From Candidatus Saccharimonadota bacterium (GTDB lineage: Bacteria; Patescibacteriota; Saccharimonadia; Saccharimonadales; Saccharimonadaceae): a stretch of 32,000 nucleotides of DNA. Under the pieces are notes generated by a model. That model saw only the letters and a program-made list of their open reading frames with translations, was not told where the DNA came from and did no database searches. Below are positions 1 through 7,106 of the stretch, piece by piece. Numbering within the stretch: position 1 is the first letter of the stretch; the number at the start of each line of letters is the position of its first letter. The position numbers and the translations under genes were made by a program. The stretch lies in the NCBI GenBank assembly GCA_001029695.1, contig CP011211.1:300001-332000 (forward strand), in the 5' to 3' direction.

Positions 1-24
1 ACTAACTGTGAATTTAGAAACACC

Positions 25-1251
25 ATGGATCCGGGATGGATCTTTTGCGATCGAGTCGTAGCGACAGACCTCACATCGGTTTTATCAGCAGACAATGGCT
101 TCTCTTTTAGTCGCGGAAACAAGTCTGTCATCGCTGCAAATCTCTACGCTATAAACCCAGCATATTATGGACTATGGGTTGCGGGATTTCTTACTTCGGA
201 TGGTCCCACTAGCCGAGGACCCGAAAATTTCATCATCTCAAATGTGAATATCATTAATGCAGGGATGGGTGGAGTTTTACTCGATAATGCACCTCGTAAC
301 GGCAAGATAACAGGACTTTTTATCAATGGAGTTAGTCGTGGTCCATCTGACGAGCCGGATGTAAACGGTGGAGTTGGTATTCGATTTGGCGGATACCCGA
401 GCGATAACCGCGTGTCGCCAAGTGAATACGCAAGTCGTATTGAGATTAGCGACTTCGTCCTAATAAACTGCGCAAAAGGCGGCGTGCAGCCCACCGGCAC
501 CCAGGATTGTGTCGTACGCAATGGCTTGATCGTCAACCCAGGATCAGAGTTTGACCATACGGGCACGACCACGATAGCCGACACCGATACAACTCAAAAC
601 TTCGGAATCGCAACAGCTGGAATAGCCGCAAGTACTGTCGTACGCTTTACGGCATCTGATATTCGTGTTGTCGATGATCGCTCAACGCCACGCGCCAATT
701 ACCCCGTCTATCTCGAAGGCACTACTGGAGTTGAATATACCGGTATCACCTCTCACGGCACTCGAAGAACCGCAGCAACTGACAGCGTTGCCGTAGAGCG
801 TCGCCTGCTCGGGTCGACAGTCATACAATCCATGCTGATCGTTCCGAGCGGTATTCGTTCAGGTGCCAATGCAGCAACAGGAACAATTCGCGGGTCGGAC
901 GTCAATGGCGCTGCAGGCTCACGTCGCCAAATTGGCCAAGCACTTACTGCAGGGACTGCCAGGTGGGACGTCGCAGCATCTGGTGATGTAGAGTCAGGTG
1001 CTAACGCCGGCTCTAATCTTGTTGTCGCTGGCTACTCCGACGCAGGTGTAAAACTTGCAGACTACCTGGTTATCCGACGTACGGATGGACGAGCCGCATT
1101 TGGAGGCGCTGTTCAATTGAAATCTTACACCACAGCAACACGCCCAACCCCGGCATCGGTTGGTGCGGGCGGGCAAATATATGATTCAACTCTTGGCTAT
1201 GCCATCACGTCCGACGGCACAAATTGGAAGTTTGGACCAACGGTAGTGTAA
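25..1251 (+). CDS. Right-handed beta-helix protein with a phage tail-fibre/tailspike-type C-terminus (possibly 5'-truncated by the window edge)
   Basis: 408-aa ORF; the frame stays open back to nt 1. It has beta-helix-like rungs (NVNIINAGMGGVLLDN, GLFINGVSRG, ISDFVLINCAKGG, VVRNGLIVNPG). The C-terminal SYTTATRPTPASVGAGGQIYDSTLGYAITSDGTNWKF is a motif I recognise from phage/prophage tail-fibre and pectate-lyase-fold tailspike proteins. By eye it is more GC-rich than the genes downstream. Confidence 0.7.
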   Translation: MDPGWIFCDRVVATDLTSVLSADNGFSFSRGNKSVIAANLYAINPAYYGLWVAGFLTSDGPTSRGPENFIISNVNIINAGMGGVLLDNAPRNGKITGLFINGVSRGPSDEPDVNGGVGIRFGGYPSDNRVSPSEYASRIEISDFVLINCAKGGVQPTGTQDCVVRNGLIVNPGSEFDHTGTTTIADTDTTQNFGIATAGIAASTVVRFTASDIRVVDDRSTPRANYPVYLEGTTGVEYTGITSHGTRRTAATDSVAVERRLLGSTVIQSMLIVPSGIRSGANAATGTIRGSDVNGAAGSRRQIGQALTAGTARWDVAASGDVESGANAGSNLVVAGYSDAGVKLADYLVIRRTDGRAAFGGAVQLKSYTTATRPTPASVGAGGQIYDSTLGYAITSDGTNWKFGPTVV

Positions 1252-1291
1252 AAACCTTCCAGTAGCTCTAAAGGAGACACGTACCGATCTC

Positions 1292-2401
1292 TCATACTTT
1301 TTGGGTAGCCCATGTATTCAGCTCGCCAGCAATACGGCCGGTCAATTCGGCGAGTCGCTGCTCCATCTCTTCGAAGTCTAGCTGAAAAACTTGCTCAACC
1401 ATGCCATATAGCGGACGCCCTCGTGTCAGCCCAGTTAGATCAATGCGCGTATCTAGCCCGTAGTGCATCAGTGTATTTCTGAGTGGTTTTTTTGCAGGAT
1501 CAACAATCAAGATAGCGTCTGGATCAGCAAGTAATCCGTCAATATACTGATGAGATTGCAATGTCAAAACCCTCACTTTCTCATCCTTAAGGATACTTAG
1601 ACTGCGCAGTACCTGATAAACGGTAAGATAGCGAAGCTTAAATATAGTTTGCCGAGAGGCTTCGGAGGTATCGAGTCCAAGCAATTGATCGCAAGTGTTT
1701 ATAAGTCCTTGAAAGGTGCTTAGTAGCATATTGATCGTCGGAGTCATCTTACCATTAAACCCATTGCTATACTGGACCACCGAGCGAACATCTTGGTTGG
1801 CAATCCCAGATACATCCATCGCACTGACAAATGATTGAGCCGTCGGATCAGGTACCGCACCTAAATGACGGAAGTACCTTCCGTACTCCTGCGAGATATT
1901 TTTGAGTGTCTCGCCAGTACCGTCGAGAAACAGCTTCTCTGGTGGATGCCCAAGCGTAAAAGTCGTAGCAAACGTTGACGTTATGAGTTGATCTTCATAG
2001 CGCGTGAGGCCAAGATCAGCCTTCCATGCGGACGCAAACGGCAAACGCACAGGATCGATAAACGCTCGGCGGTGAGCAGGAGCAACTTTGTCTGCAAAGA
2101 AATCAAGCTGCCCAGACACGCCACGATGCGTATCCTCGAATAATTTAAGGCTATGCCGTGAACGCTCCAACAAATCAAGCATCCCCGGAGTGAAGCTCAC
2201 ACCTCCTGCAGTCGAAGGATCAAGAATTTTTAGTCGAGCATACGATTCATATGCAAAAAGCGATAGGTAGTTGAACATACAAAAGAGTGCTGAAGGAGCG
2301 AGCGTTTCCGCCTTAACTAAACTACTAATGAATCGACCAACAAAAGCGACGTCAACATCAATGGCATCTCGAACTAATATATCTCGCGTTAGATTGGGCA
2401 T
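1292..2401 (-). CDS. Hypothetical helical protein with a HEPN-like RNxxxH motif
   Basis: 369-aa ORF with no TM segment or signal peptide. The C-terminal third carries LRNTLMHYG (R-x4-H, the RNxxxH form typical of HEPN RNases). GGTGA lies just upstream of the ATG. The 53-nt gap to the upstream same-strand gene suggests an operon. Confidence 0.65.
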   Translation of the reverse strand: MPNLTRDILVRDAIDVDVAFVGRFISSLVKAETLAPSALFCMFNYLSLFAYESYARLKILDPSTAGGVSFTPGMLDLLERSRHSLKLFEDTHRGVSGQLDFFADKVAPAHRRAFIDPVRLPFASAWKADLGLTRYEDQLITSTFATTFTLGHPPEKLFLDGTGETLKNISQEYGRYFRHLGAVPDPTAQSFVSAMDVSGIANQDVRSVVQYSNGFNGKMTPTINMLLSTFQGLINTCDQLLGLDTSEASRQTIFKLRYLTVYQVLRSLSILKDEKVRVLTLQSHQYIDGLLADPDAILIVDPAKKPLRNTLMHYGLDTRIDLTGLTRGRPLYGMVEQVFQLDFEEMEQRLAELTGRIAGELNTWATQKV

Positions 2402-2454
2402 TCATCACCTTTCATAGTCAAACTTTCTAGCACTCGGAGGGCTCGTATCCACCT

Positions 2455-3390
2455 CTAAGATGCTCCTCGTCGCACCTTAGAGCGTCTTACTAAATATGCT
2501 TCATGCAGCCCATCAGCGCGGTCTAGCCTCTCTATTAGATCAGTAAAATGGCCTTCGTACAGAGCGACTGCCTCAGGTATGCATTCGAATACATACTCTT
2601 GAGCCACCAAGACAGCGAGTAACGCCATCGAAAAAAGAGGTTGTGGTCGCTCCGGTATGGGATCTGTATAGGGAAAGAAATTTCCGTCATTTCCGTCAAC
2701 GCGCTCTAGGTGATGTCTTTCAATATCATACCAAGAACCATGAATCATTCCTGACCCTATTCGATAAGCGGAATATGCAGCTGGACCTAAAAGCGCCAAT
2801 CTAGTCTGCGCATTTGGCCAATTAATTTTCTTTCGTGATGGTATCTCGTCCTCTGTAACGCCCGCTGACATAAATGTCTGTTGTACGGATCGCTCCATAC
2901 GCTCTTCTATGTCCCATTTCTCACCCCCGCGCAACGCTATCTGCTCTCGAATGTTCTTCATAAACTCTTTTTCACCAACAAGACTATCGAAAACATATGC
3001 ATCAAACCTCGATACATCAGTTTTATCCTGAAGTAAGTATTTGATAATTGATGCAGAATCAAGAAACTGTCGCGTAAGTTGCATCTGTTGGTCGCCTCCA
3101 TGCTCATCAGCAATTCCGGCAATGACGGCCCGCATTAGCTTCGACATACGTATAAGATGGCCGACCAAAATAGCCTCGTTCCGTGTAAACCCCTCTACAT
3201 GATCTTGATCAAGCGTACCAGCAACCGCCACAAGAAGCTGAGTACTTTCCCTTAGTAGTTCAAACGACACTCTAAGAAATTCATCCTCAGAGGTGGCTCG
3301 CGTTAGAGTATCGAAATCCACCTCATAGCGCCTGATACTATTCAAATCCAGTTCCTCATGCTCACTCATATGAGCTATATTATGAGGCAC
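2455..3390 (-). CDS. Hypothetical helical protein (DUF5677-like by memory) with an R-x6-H motif
   Basis: 311-aa maximal ORF starting at GTG 3390. ATG at 3369 (MSEHEELDL...) is the more likely start because a TTGGCA-17-CATAAT promoter sits at 3407-3379, making the mRNA nearly leaderless. It contains YRIGSGMIHGSWYD (R-x6-H) and has no TM segments. Confidence 0.65.
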   Translation of the reverse strand: MPHNIAHMSEHEELDLNSIRRYEVDFDTLTRATSEDEFLRVSFELLRESTQLLVAVAGTLDQDHVEGFTRNEAILVGHLIRMSKLMRAVIAGIADEHGGDQQMQLTRQFLDSASIIKYLLQDKTDVSRFDAYVFDSLVGEKEFMKNIREQIALRGGEKWDIEERMERSVQQTFMSAGVTEDEIPSRKKINWPNAQTRLALLGPAAYSAYRIGSGMIHGSWYDIERHHLERVDGNDGNFFPYTDPIPERPQPLFSMALLAVLVAQEYVFECIPEAVALYEGHFTDLIERLDRADGLHEAYLVRRSKVRRGAS

Positions 3391-3407
3391 TCAACGCCAT
3401 ATGCCAA
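3379..3407 (-). promoter_or_regulatory. Candidate sigma70-type promoter for the two-gene helical-protein operon
   Basis: On the minus strand: -35 TTGGCA (3407-3402), a 17-nt spacer, then -10 CATAAT (3384-3379). ATG 3369 lies about 9 nt downstream of the -10. Confidence 0.4.
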
Positions 3408-3448
3408 CGCAACCCGAGAACTCTCAAACAAGCCACGTGAGCGAGCGT

Positions 3449-3481
3449 ACACAAAAGGGTCACATCGGTACAGTGTGACCC
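3449..3481 (-). terminator. Rho-independent terminator (minus strand)
   Basis: 8-bp stem GGGTCACA / TGTGACCC (3457-3464 / 3474-3481) with a 9-nt loop. On the minus strand it is followed by TTTTGTGT. Confidence 0.55.
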
Positions 3482-3536
3482 CTGTAAAATATCCCAAATA
3501 TACCGAACGTTCGTTCGACTTGGTGCGATTTTACAA

Positions 3537-3684
3537 CCAAGTCCGAACTGATTTCGAGCAAAATGGCTGAGCCGTGCAGGCTCAGCCCCAACGCCTGCGG
3601 GCCCCACTAGAAAAACCCTTTGCCTATTTTTTCCGCCGGATTTCTTTTTTGAAACTGAAAAGGGTGTTTTCTAGTAGTTCGGAC
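3537..3684 (+). repeat. Structured non-coding repeat, copy A (inverted relative to copy B)
   Basis: Aligns by eye with the reverse complement of 6786-6954. The first 64 nt differ at 3 positions; overall there are about 10 substitutions plus 16-nt and 9-nt indels. It contains the hairpin GGCTGAGCC-GTGCA-GGCTCAGCC, the long-range helix CACTAGAAAA...TTTTCTAGT(A)G, and 9-nt termini GTCCGAACT / AGTTCGGAC that are mutually complementary. Confidence 0.85.
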
Positions 3685-3768
3685 TACTGCAAAAGCAGTA
3701 GAGGCGTCGAGGCTTCGCTCAGGCGGCAAAGCCGCCATATGTCGCTAAAGCGACGTATACGCCGATAC

Positions 3769-4086
3769 CTAGAATCCCAACCAAGCGCCTTCGGTGTTGT
3801 CTGGCATATTCTTATAATCTATAAATTTCTTACAATCTTCCTCTTTTGCGCTACGCTCAAAGATGAAGTAATCACTCTTGATATCAGCAGTTTTGCCGCG
3901 CTGAACGCGCGCCTCACAAATGAGACTTTTCTCGTCTGTCTCTGCCTCTTTGCGTAAATCGCTCGCTTCTTTTTCTTTGTAATGTTCGGAAGTGTAATAA
4001 AATCCCGCATAACTGCCGCCCGCTAGCGCGGCAGTAATGAGCCCGACGAGTAAGTATTTGTTAATTGAAATAACATTTTTCATCAC
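3769..4086 (-). CDS. Small membrane-anchored/secreted hypothetical protein
   Basis: 105-aa ORF with an N-terminal hydrophobic segment (YLLVGLITAALAGG). Its start overlaps the stop of the upstream gene (ATGA at 4083-4086). Last gene of a five-gene cassette. Confidence 0.6.
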   Translation of the reverse strand: MMKNVISINKYLLVGLITAALAGGSYAGFYYTSEHYKEKEASDLRKEAETDEKSLICEARVQRGKTADIKSDYFIFERSAKEEDCKKFIDYKNMPDNTEGAWLGF

Positions 4087-4460
4087 TCATACCTCGGAAT
4101 AGGATTTTCTCGACAATCAAAATTGCCTTTTATACTGTCTTGATAGTATTCATATGGAGATGAGGTAGTTTTGAAACCACCCCATGCACTACTTGGCATA
4201 CCGCAATAGTGATAGTATGTGCCGCTCAACTTTATGACCATATACTCGTTGCTGCTGTCATACCACGCACCTTTAACAGTCGAGTCTGATTTATCGAGTG
4301 GCTCAAAATTACTTGCTGAAATATTCACTTTGTCATCACGGTATTTTACCGTTACATAACCAGAACTAGGCGACAGGAAAAGAAAATACAGAATCACACC
4401 GCCAATAAGCACTGCAAGTCCGATATACACCCATGAATAGTTTTCTTTGTGCTGTGTCAT
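4083..4460 (-). CDS. Membrane-anchored KTSC-domain protein
   Basis: 125-aa ORF with an N-terminal TM segment (WVYIGLAVLIGGVILYFLFL). The C-terminal GAWYDSSNEYMVIKLSGTYYHYCGMPSSAWGGFKTTSSPYEYYQDSIKGNF matches the KTSC-domain pattern from memory. ATGA overlaps occur at both ends. Confidence 0.65.
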   Translation of the reverse strand: MTQHKENYSWVYIGLAVLIGGVILYFLFLSPSSGYVTVKYRDDKVNISASNFEPLDKSDSTVKGAWYDSSNEYMVIKLSGTYYHYCGMPSSAWGGFKTTSSPYEYYQDSIKGNFDCRENPIPRYE

Positions 4461-5335
4461 TTCGTGAGAGTCCTTTTCACACGTTTAGATATAAGGAAAT
4501 ACGGCACCCAAATTAACACTCCTATGACACTCCTGCCTACGTCGCCACTATACTTACTCATCATTGCCTGTATCTCGGCATTTCCGGCAAGACCAGATGA
4601 ACTAAAAATATCTGACGCTGCCGCATAATCTATCATTCCGTATGCCGCTGCGAATATCAGCGTCGCAATTGCGAATGGCTTTGCTAATTTACGCTTACGG
4701 AATAACAGCATAAGCATAGTAATGAGAAGTACCACATATATGATAACAGCTGTATTCTCGAATGCTGTTAGGGCTTGTAGAGTATCACCAAGTCCATGCT
4801 CATATTCGTTGAGAGTTGATACGTCTGACGACGACATGAATCCGTCGGAGAAAAACCTAAATACCGTAATAAGTAACGCCAAAATCTGCCCTACAATGAA
4901 CAGTGCCAACCAGCCCTCGAGTCCAATCTTTTGGTCACGCCGTTGCTCTTTGGTTATCTTGTCGGGATTAGTTGTTTTTGAAAGATAAGAATCACCAAGT
5001 GATAATTGTTTTTTGAGCTTTTCTGCTTTGGCATACGGTTCGCCACGCATCTCTATCGCCTGATTGATAAAATCGAGTGCATCATCGTCATGACCATTAA
5101 AGTAATGGACTAACGCCTGTAACTCATAGAGTTTATATCTTGCTGTGCCAATTTCTTCACTGAATTGATATTTTTCAGCTAAAGAATCGAGTCGTTTTTG
5201 GACTAGAGCCAGTAATGCCTTGTCCTTCTCGCCAGAGGTTGCATCTTTGAGATTCGCCTCAACAACTTTAATTTGGTCTATGTACTTTTGACGATTTTCC
5301 GAATGAGGAAGTTGCATTATTCTAAATCTCCCCAT
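4457..5335 (-). CDS. Helical-repeat (TPR-like) N-domain fused to a DUF2569-like membrane domain
   Basis: 292-aa ORF. The alternative ATG at 5317 forms a TAATG stop/start overlap with the upstream gene. The N-terminal half is soluble and helical. The C-terminal half has about 4 TM helices beginning GLEGWLALFIVGQILALLITVF, reminiscent of DUF2569. Confidence 0.65.
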   Translation of the reverse strand: MGRFRIMQLPHSENRQKYIDQIKVVEANLKDATSGEKDKALLALVQKRLDSLAEKYQFSEEIGTARYKLYELQALVHYFNGHDDDALDFINQAIEMRGEPYAKAEKLKKQLSLGDSYLSKTTNPDKITKEQRRDQKIGLEGWLALFIVGQILALLITVFRFFSDGFMSSSDVSTLNEYEHGLGDTLQALTAFENTAVIIYVVLLITMLMLLFRKRKLAKPFAIATLIFAAAYGMIDYAAASDIFSSSGLAGNAEIQAMMSKYSGDVGRSVIGVLIWVPYFLISKRVKRTLTK

Positions 5336-5985
5336 GTTCGTTTAGTATCGTCTGTCTGCTCAATATCTATCACGTCGTTATGTCGGGTTGCGTGCTTCTC
5401 GGCACGAGTAAGCGCGTACGTGAATAGCAACTGTATCACCAGAGATATCACAAGAATCACGACAAGTACGGGAAATGCCTGACCAAGCGTCATGCCAAAG
5501 ATGCCGATACAAATCATCAGCGCGACGATACCAAGCGCAAGAAAGAATGTTGTCATACCTGTTGATGTGTTGTCTTGTTCTTTGGAAGCCATGTATTGCC
5601 ATGGTGCAAGCACTACGGCGTAAAGCCATAATAGGCTTGCCCAAAGTGGTGCAGATTGAGAGCTCAGGGCAATATCTGCAATGTAATATGTCGATACGGC
5701 GATGAGACCATAAGTGTATGCGATACCCAGTAAGCCAAAGATGAAAAACAGCACATATTTGCGCTTTTCTGCAAAAGCCGCCGCAGGCGCTGCAAAAAGC
5801 AGACTAGGCATGAGGAGTAAACCAATAATCATCGCGCCAAACATCATGTAGAGTAAGCCGCCTATGAATAATGACCACTCGCCAGCAACCATGAGCCAAA
5901 TGCCACCGACAATACCACCCAGAACATTGAGCAAAAGAATAGGTACACTGAGGGTTGTAGTAAGTCCGCTAAAAAACCGTTCCAT
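5317..5985 (-). CDS. Polytopic membrane protein, unknown function
   Basis: 222-aa ORF with about 6 hydrophobic helices and a charged C-terminal tail. Tightly packed in the cassette. Confidence 0.65.
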   Translation of the reverse strand: MERFFSGLTTTLSVPILLLNVLGGIVGGIWLMVAGEWSLFIGGLLYMMFGAMIIGLLLMPSLLFAAPAAAFAEKRKYVLFFIFGLLGIAYTYGLIAVSTYYIADIALSSQSAPLWASLLWLYAVVLAPWQYMASKEQDNTSTGMTTFFLALGIVALMICIGIFGMTLGQAFPVLVVILVISLVIQLLFTYALTRAEKHATRHNDVIDIEQTDDTKRTWGDLE

Positions 5986-5991
5986 CGTATT

Positions 5992-6531
5992 CTATGATCC
6001 CAAACAGTACTCTGAACCGTTTTCTAGCAGTACCGTAATTGCATAATTCCGAGCAGACGACACACCGTCGCAATTCGTACCAGTCTTGAACACGGCTGTC
6101 TCGGCTGTCGGCTCGCCCCCACCAGAAACAGACGTAACTTGTGCAAGACTAGAAGTTGAAAGGTCGCTTGCGCTCGGTAGTTGTCCACGATTTTCTGTCA
6201 TGAATGATGTAACATCTGTCGTGAGAACACTAACATCATTTTTGCGTGCTGTGTCGCGCTGGCTTTGCTGCAAGCTAGGAAACGCCGCCTGCACAACCCA
6301 GACGATGAGCAAACTCAAAACAACGCCGACACTACCCGTTACAATTCCTGCAATCGCTTTTTTGCGCCCTCGTTTCTTAACCGATGCTGCTCCAAAAATG
6401 ATAGCCAGAGCGCCAAGCACAATACCGATATACCAAACAAGGCATGTGATAATTGCTAAAATGCCAAGAACTAGCGACGCAATCGCAAGACCCTGACTCT
6501 CTGTTTGTTCTGTTTTGTGTGATTCTGACAT
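5992..6531 (-). CDS. DUF4190-type double-TM anchor fused to a pilin-like ectodomain
   Basis: 179-aa ORF. The N-terminus GLAIASLVLGILAII...GAASVKKRGRKKAIAGIVTG is typical of DUF4190. After the second TM segment, QQSQRDTARKNDVSVLTTDVTSFMTENRGQLP resembles the alpha1-C region of type IV pilin/pseudopilin domains, but there is no class III signal peptide. GGAGG lies 7 nt upstream of the ATG. Confidence 0.7.
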   Translation of the reverse strand: MSESHKTEQTESQGLAIASLVLGILAIITCLVWYIGIVLGALAIIFGAASVKKRGRKKAIAGIVTGSVGVVLSLLIVWVVQAAFPSLQQSQRDTARKNDVSVLTTDVTSFMTENRGQLPSASDLSTSSLAQVTSVSGGGEPTAETAVFKTGTNCDGVSSARNYAITVLLENGSEYCLGS

Positions 6532-6741
6532 AATACCGCCTCCTCTGGAGTATCTTTGTTAGTGGTTTTTGCGAACCAAAAAGCCCGCCACGAGCGGTAG
6601 TCTTGCGACTACCCACAAACCTTTCGGAATGCGACCACAAAGAGAAGTACTCATGACGAGCTGTTTCTCTTTGTGGATTCTTCAACCATGCCGTACAAAG
6701 TGCGGTTTAGGTCTAGGCGAATATCGCTTGTCATGATTGTA
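6532..6741 (-). promoter_or_regulatory. Weak candidate promoter plus ~200-nt structured 5' leader of the cassette
   Basis: Minus-strand -10 TACAAT (6741-6736) with a weak -35 TAGCAA. The leader contains a 12-bp hairpin (CCACAAAGAGAA...TTCTCTTTGTGG) and a second TTTGTGG that could pair with the same 5' arm instead. It also has GNRA-capped hairpins (CC-GAAA-GG, GTAGTC-GCAA-GACTAC) and a short GC hairpin followed by CTTTTTGG. Confidence 0.35.
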
Positions 6742-6785
6742 CTATTTACACCGTATTTTTGCTAGATGATAGATACAAATAACCG

Positions 6786-6954
6786 CCACCACCAGAAAAC
6801 ACCTTTTTCAGTTTCAAAAAAGAAATTCGGCGGGGAGAAATAAAAAAATAGGCAAAGAGTTTTTCTGGTGGGGTGAGCGGGCGCGTGAGCCCGCAGGCGT
6901 TGGGGCTGAGCATGCATGGCTCAGCCATTTCGCTCGAAATCAGTTCGGACTTGG
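6786..6954 (-). repeat. Structured non-coding repeat, copy B (directly follows tRNA-Ala; the shared sequence starts in its CCA)
   Basis: The reverse complement aligns with 3537-3684. It carries the same hairpin (GGCTGAGC...GCTCAGCC) and the helix CCACCAGAAAA...TTTTCTGGTGG. A 16-nt insertion creates an extra hairpin, GCGGGC-TCACGC-GCCCGC. Confidence 0.85.
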
Positions 6955-7028
6955 TGGAGCATACCGGATTCGAACCGGTCGCCTCTTCGCTGCCAGCGAA
7001 GCGCTCTAGCCAAATGAGCTAATGCCCC
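6952..7028 (-). tRNA. tRNA-Ala (anticodon GGC), CCA encoded
   Basis: The reverse complement GGGGCATTAGCTCATTTGGCTAGAGCGCTTCGCTGGCAGCGAAGAGGCGACCGGTTCGAATCCGGTATGCTCCACCA folds as a cloverleaf. The anticodon loop is CTGGCAG, and the G3:U70 Ala identity pair is present. Confidence 0.95.
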
Positions 7029-7052
7029 ATAAAAGTACGTTCATCATTGTAA

Positions 7053-7082
7053 CAAGAAAAACACCCGCAACCAAGCGGATGT
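7053..7082 (-). terminator. Rho-independent terminator after the HdeD-family gene (hairpin usable on both strands)
   Basis: Minus strand: ACATCCGC-TTGGTT-GCGGGTGT followed by TTTTTCTTG. A possible tRNA-Ala promoter (TTGGTT-17-TACAAT) overlaps it. Confidence 0.6.
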
Positions 7083-7106
7083 TTTTCGTAGACGTATAGA
7101 GATCGT

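Noticed and set aside
3495-3540. Degenerate tRNA remnant immediately upstream of repeat copy A (shares CCAAGTCCGAAC junction context and TTCG-like strings)
   Set aside because: Similarity to the tRNA-Ala 3' half is too weak to align convincingly. The segment instead forms a local hairpin (GTTCGACTTGG / CCAAGT-C-CGAAC). This is left as an open possibility only.
3564-3611. Short ORFs starting MAEPC... inside both repeat copies (also 6746-6928, 60 aa) and the 127-aa ORF 3574-3957
   Set aside because: The two copies differ by 16-nt and 9-nt indels. The peptide similarity therefore jumps between frames, and copy A stops after 15 codons. This indicates conservation at the nucleotide level, not coding.
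3537-6954. The repeat pair as DGR template/variable repeats
   Set aside because: The substitutions are not adenine-specific (G/A, T/C and G/T changes occur in both directions). No reverse transcriptase is present in the window. The copies lie outside coding sequence.
1-7028. Classical tRNA-integrated genomic island at tRNA-Ala
   Set aside because: No integrase is present and no direct repeat of the tRNA 3' end is seen within the window. The only repeat is inverted. The accessory character is plausible, but an integrative element cannot be supported from this window.
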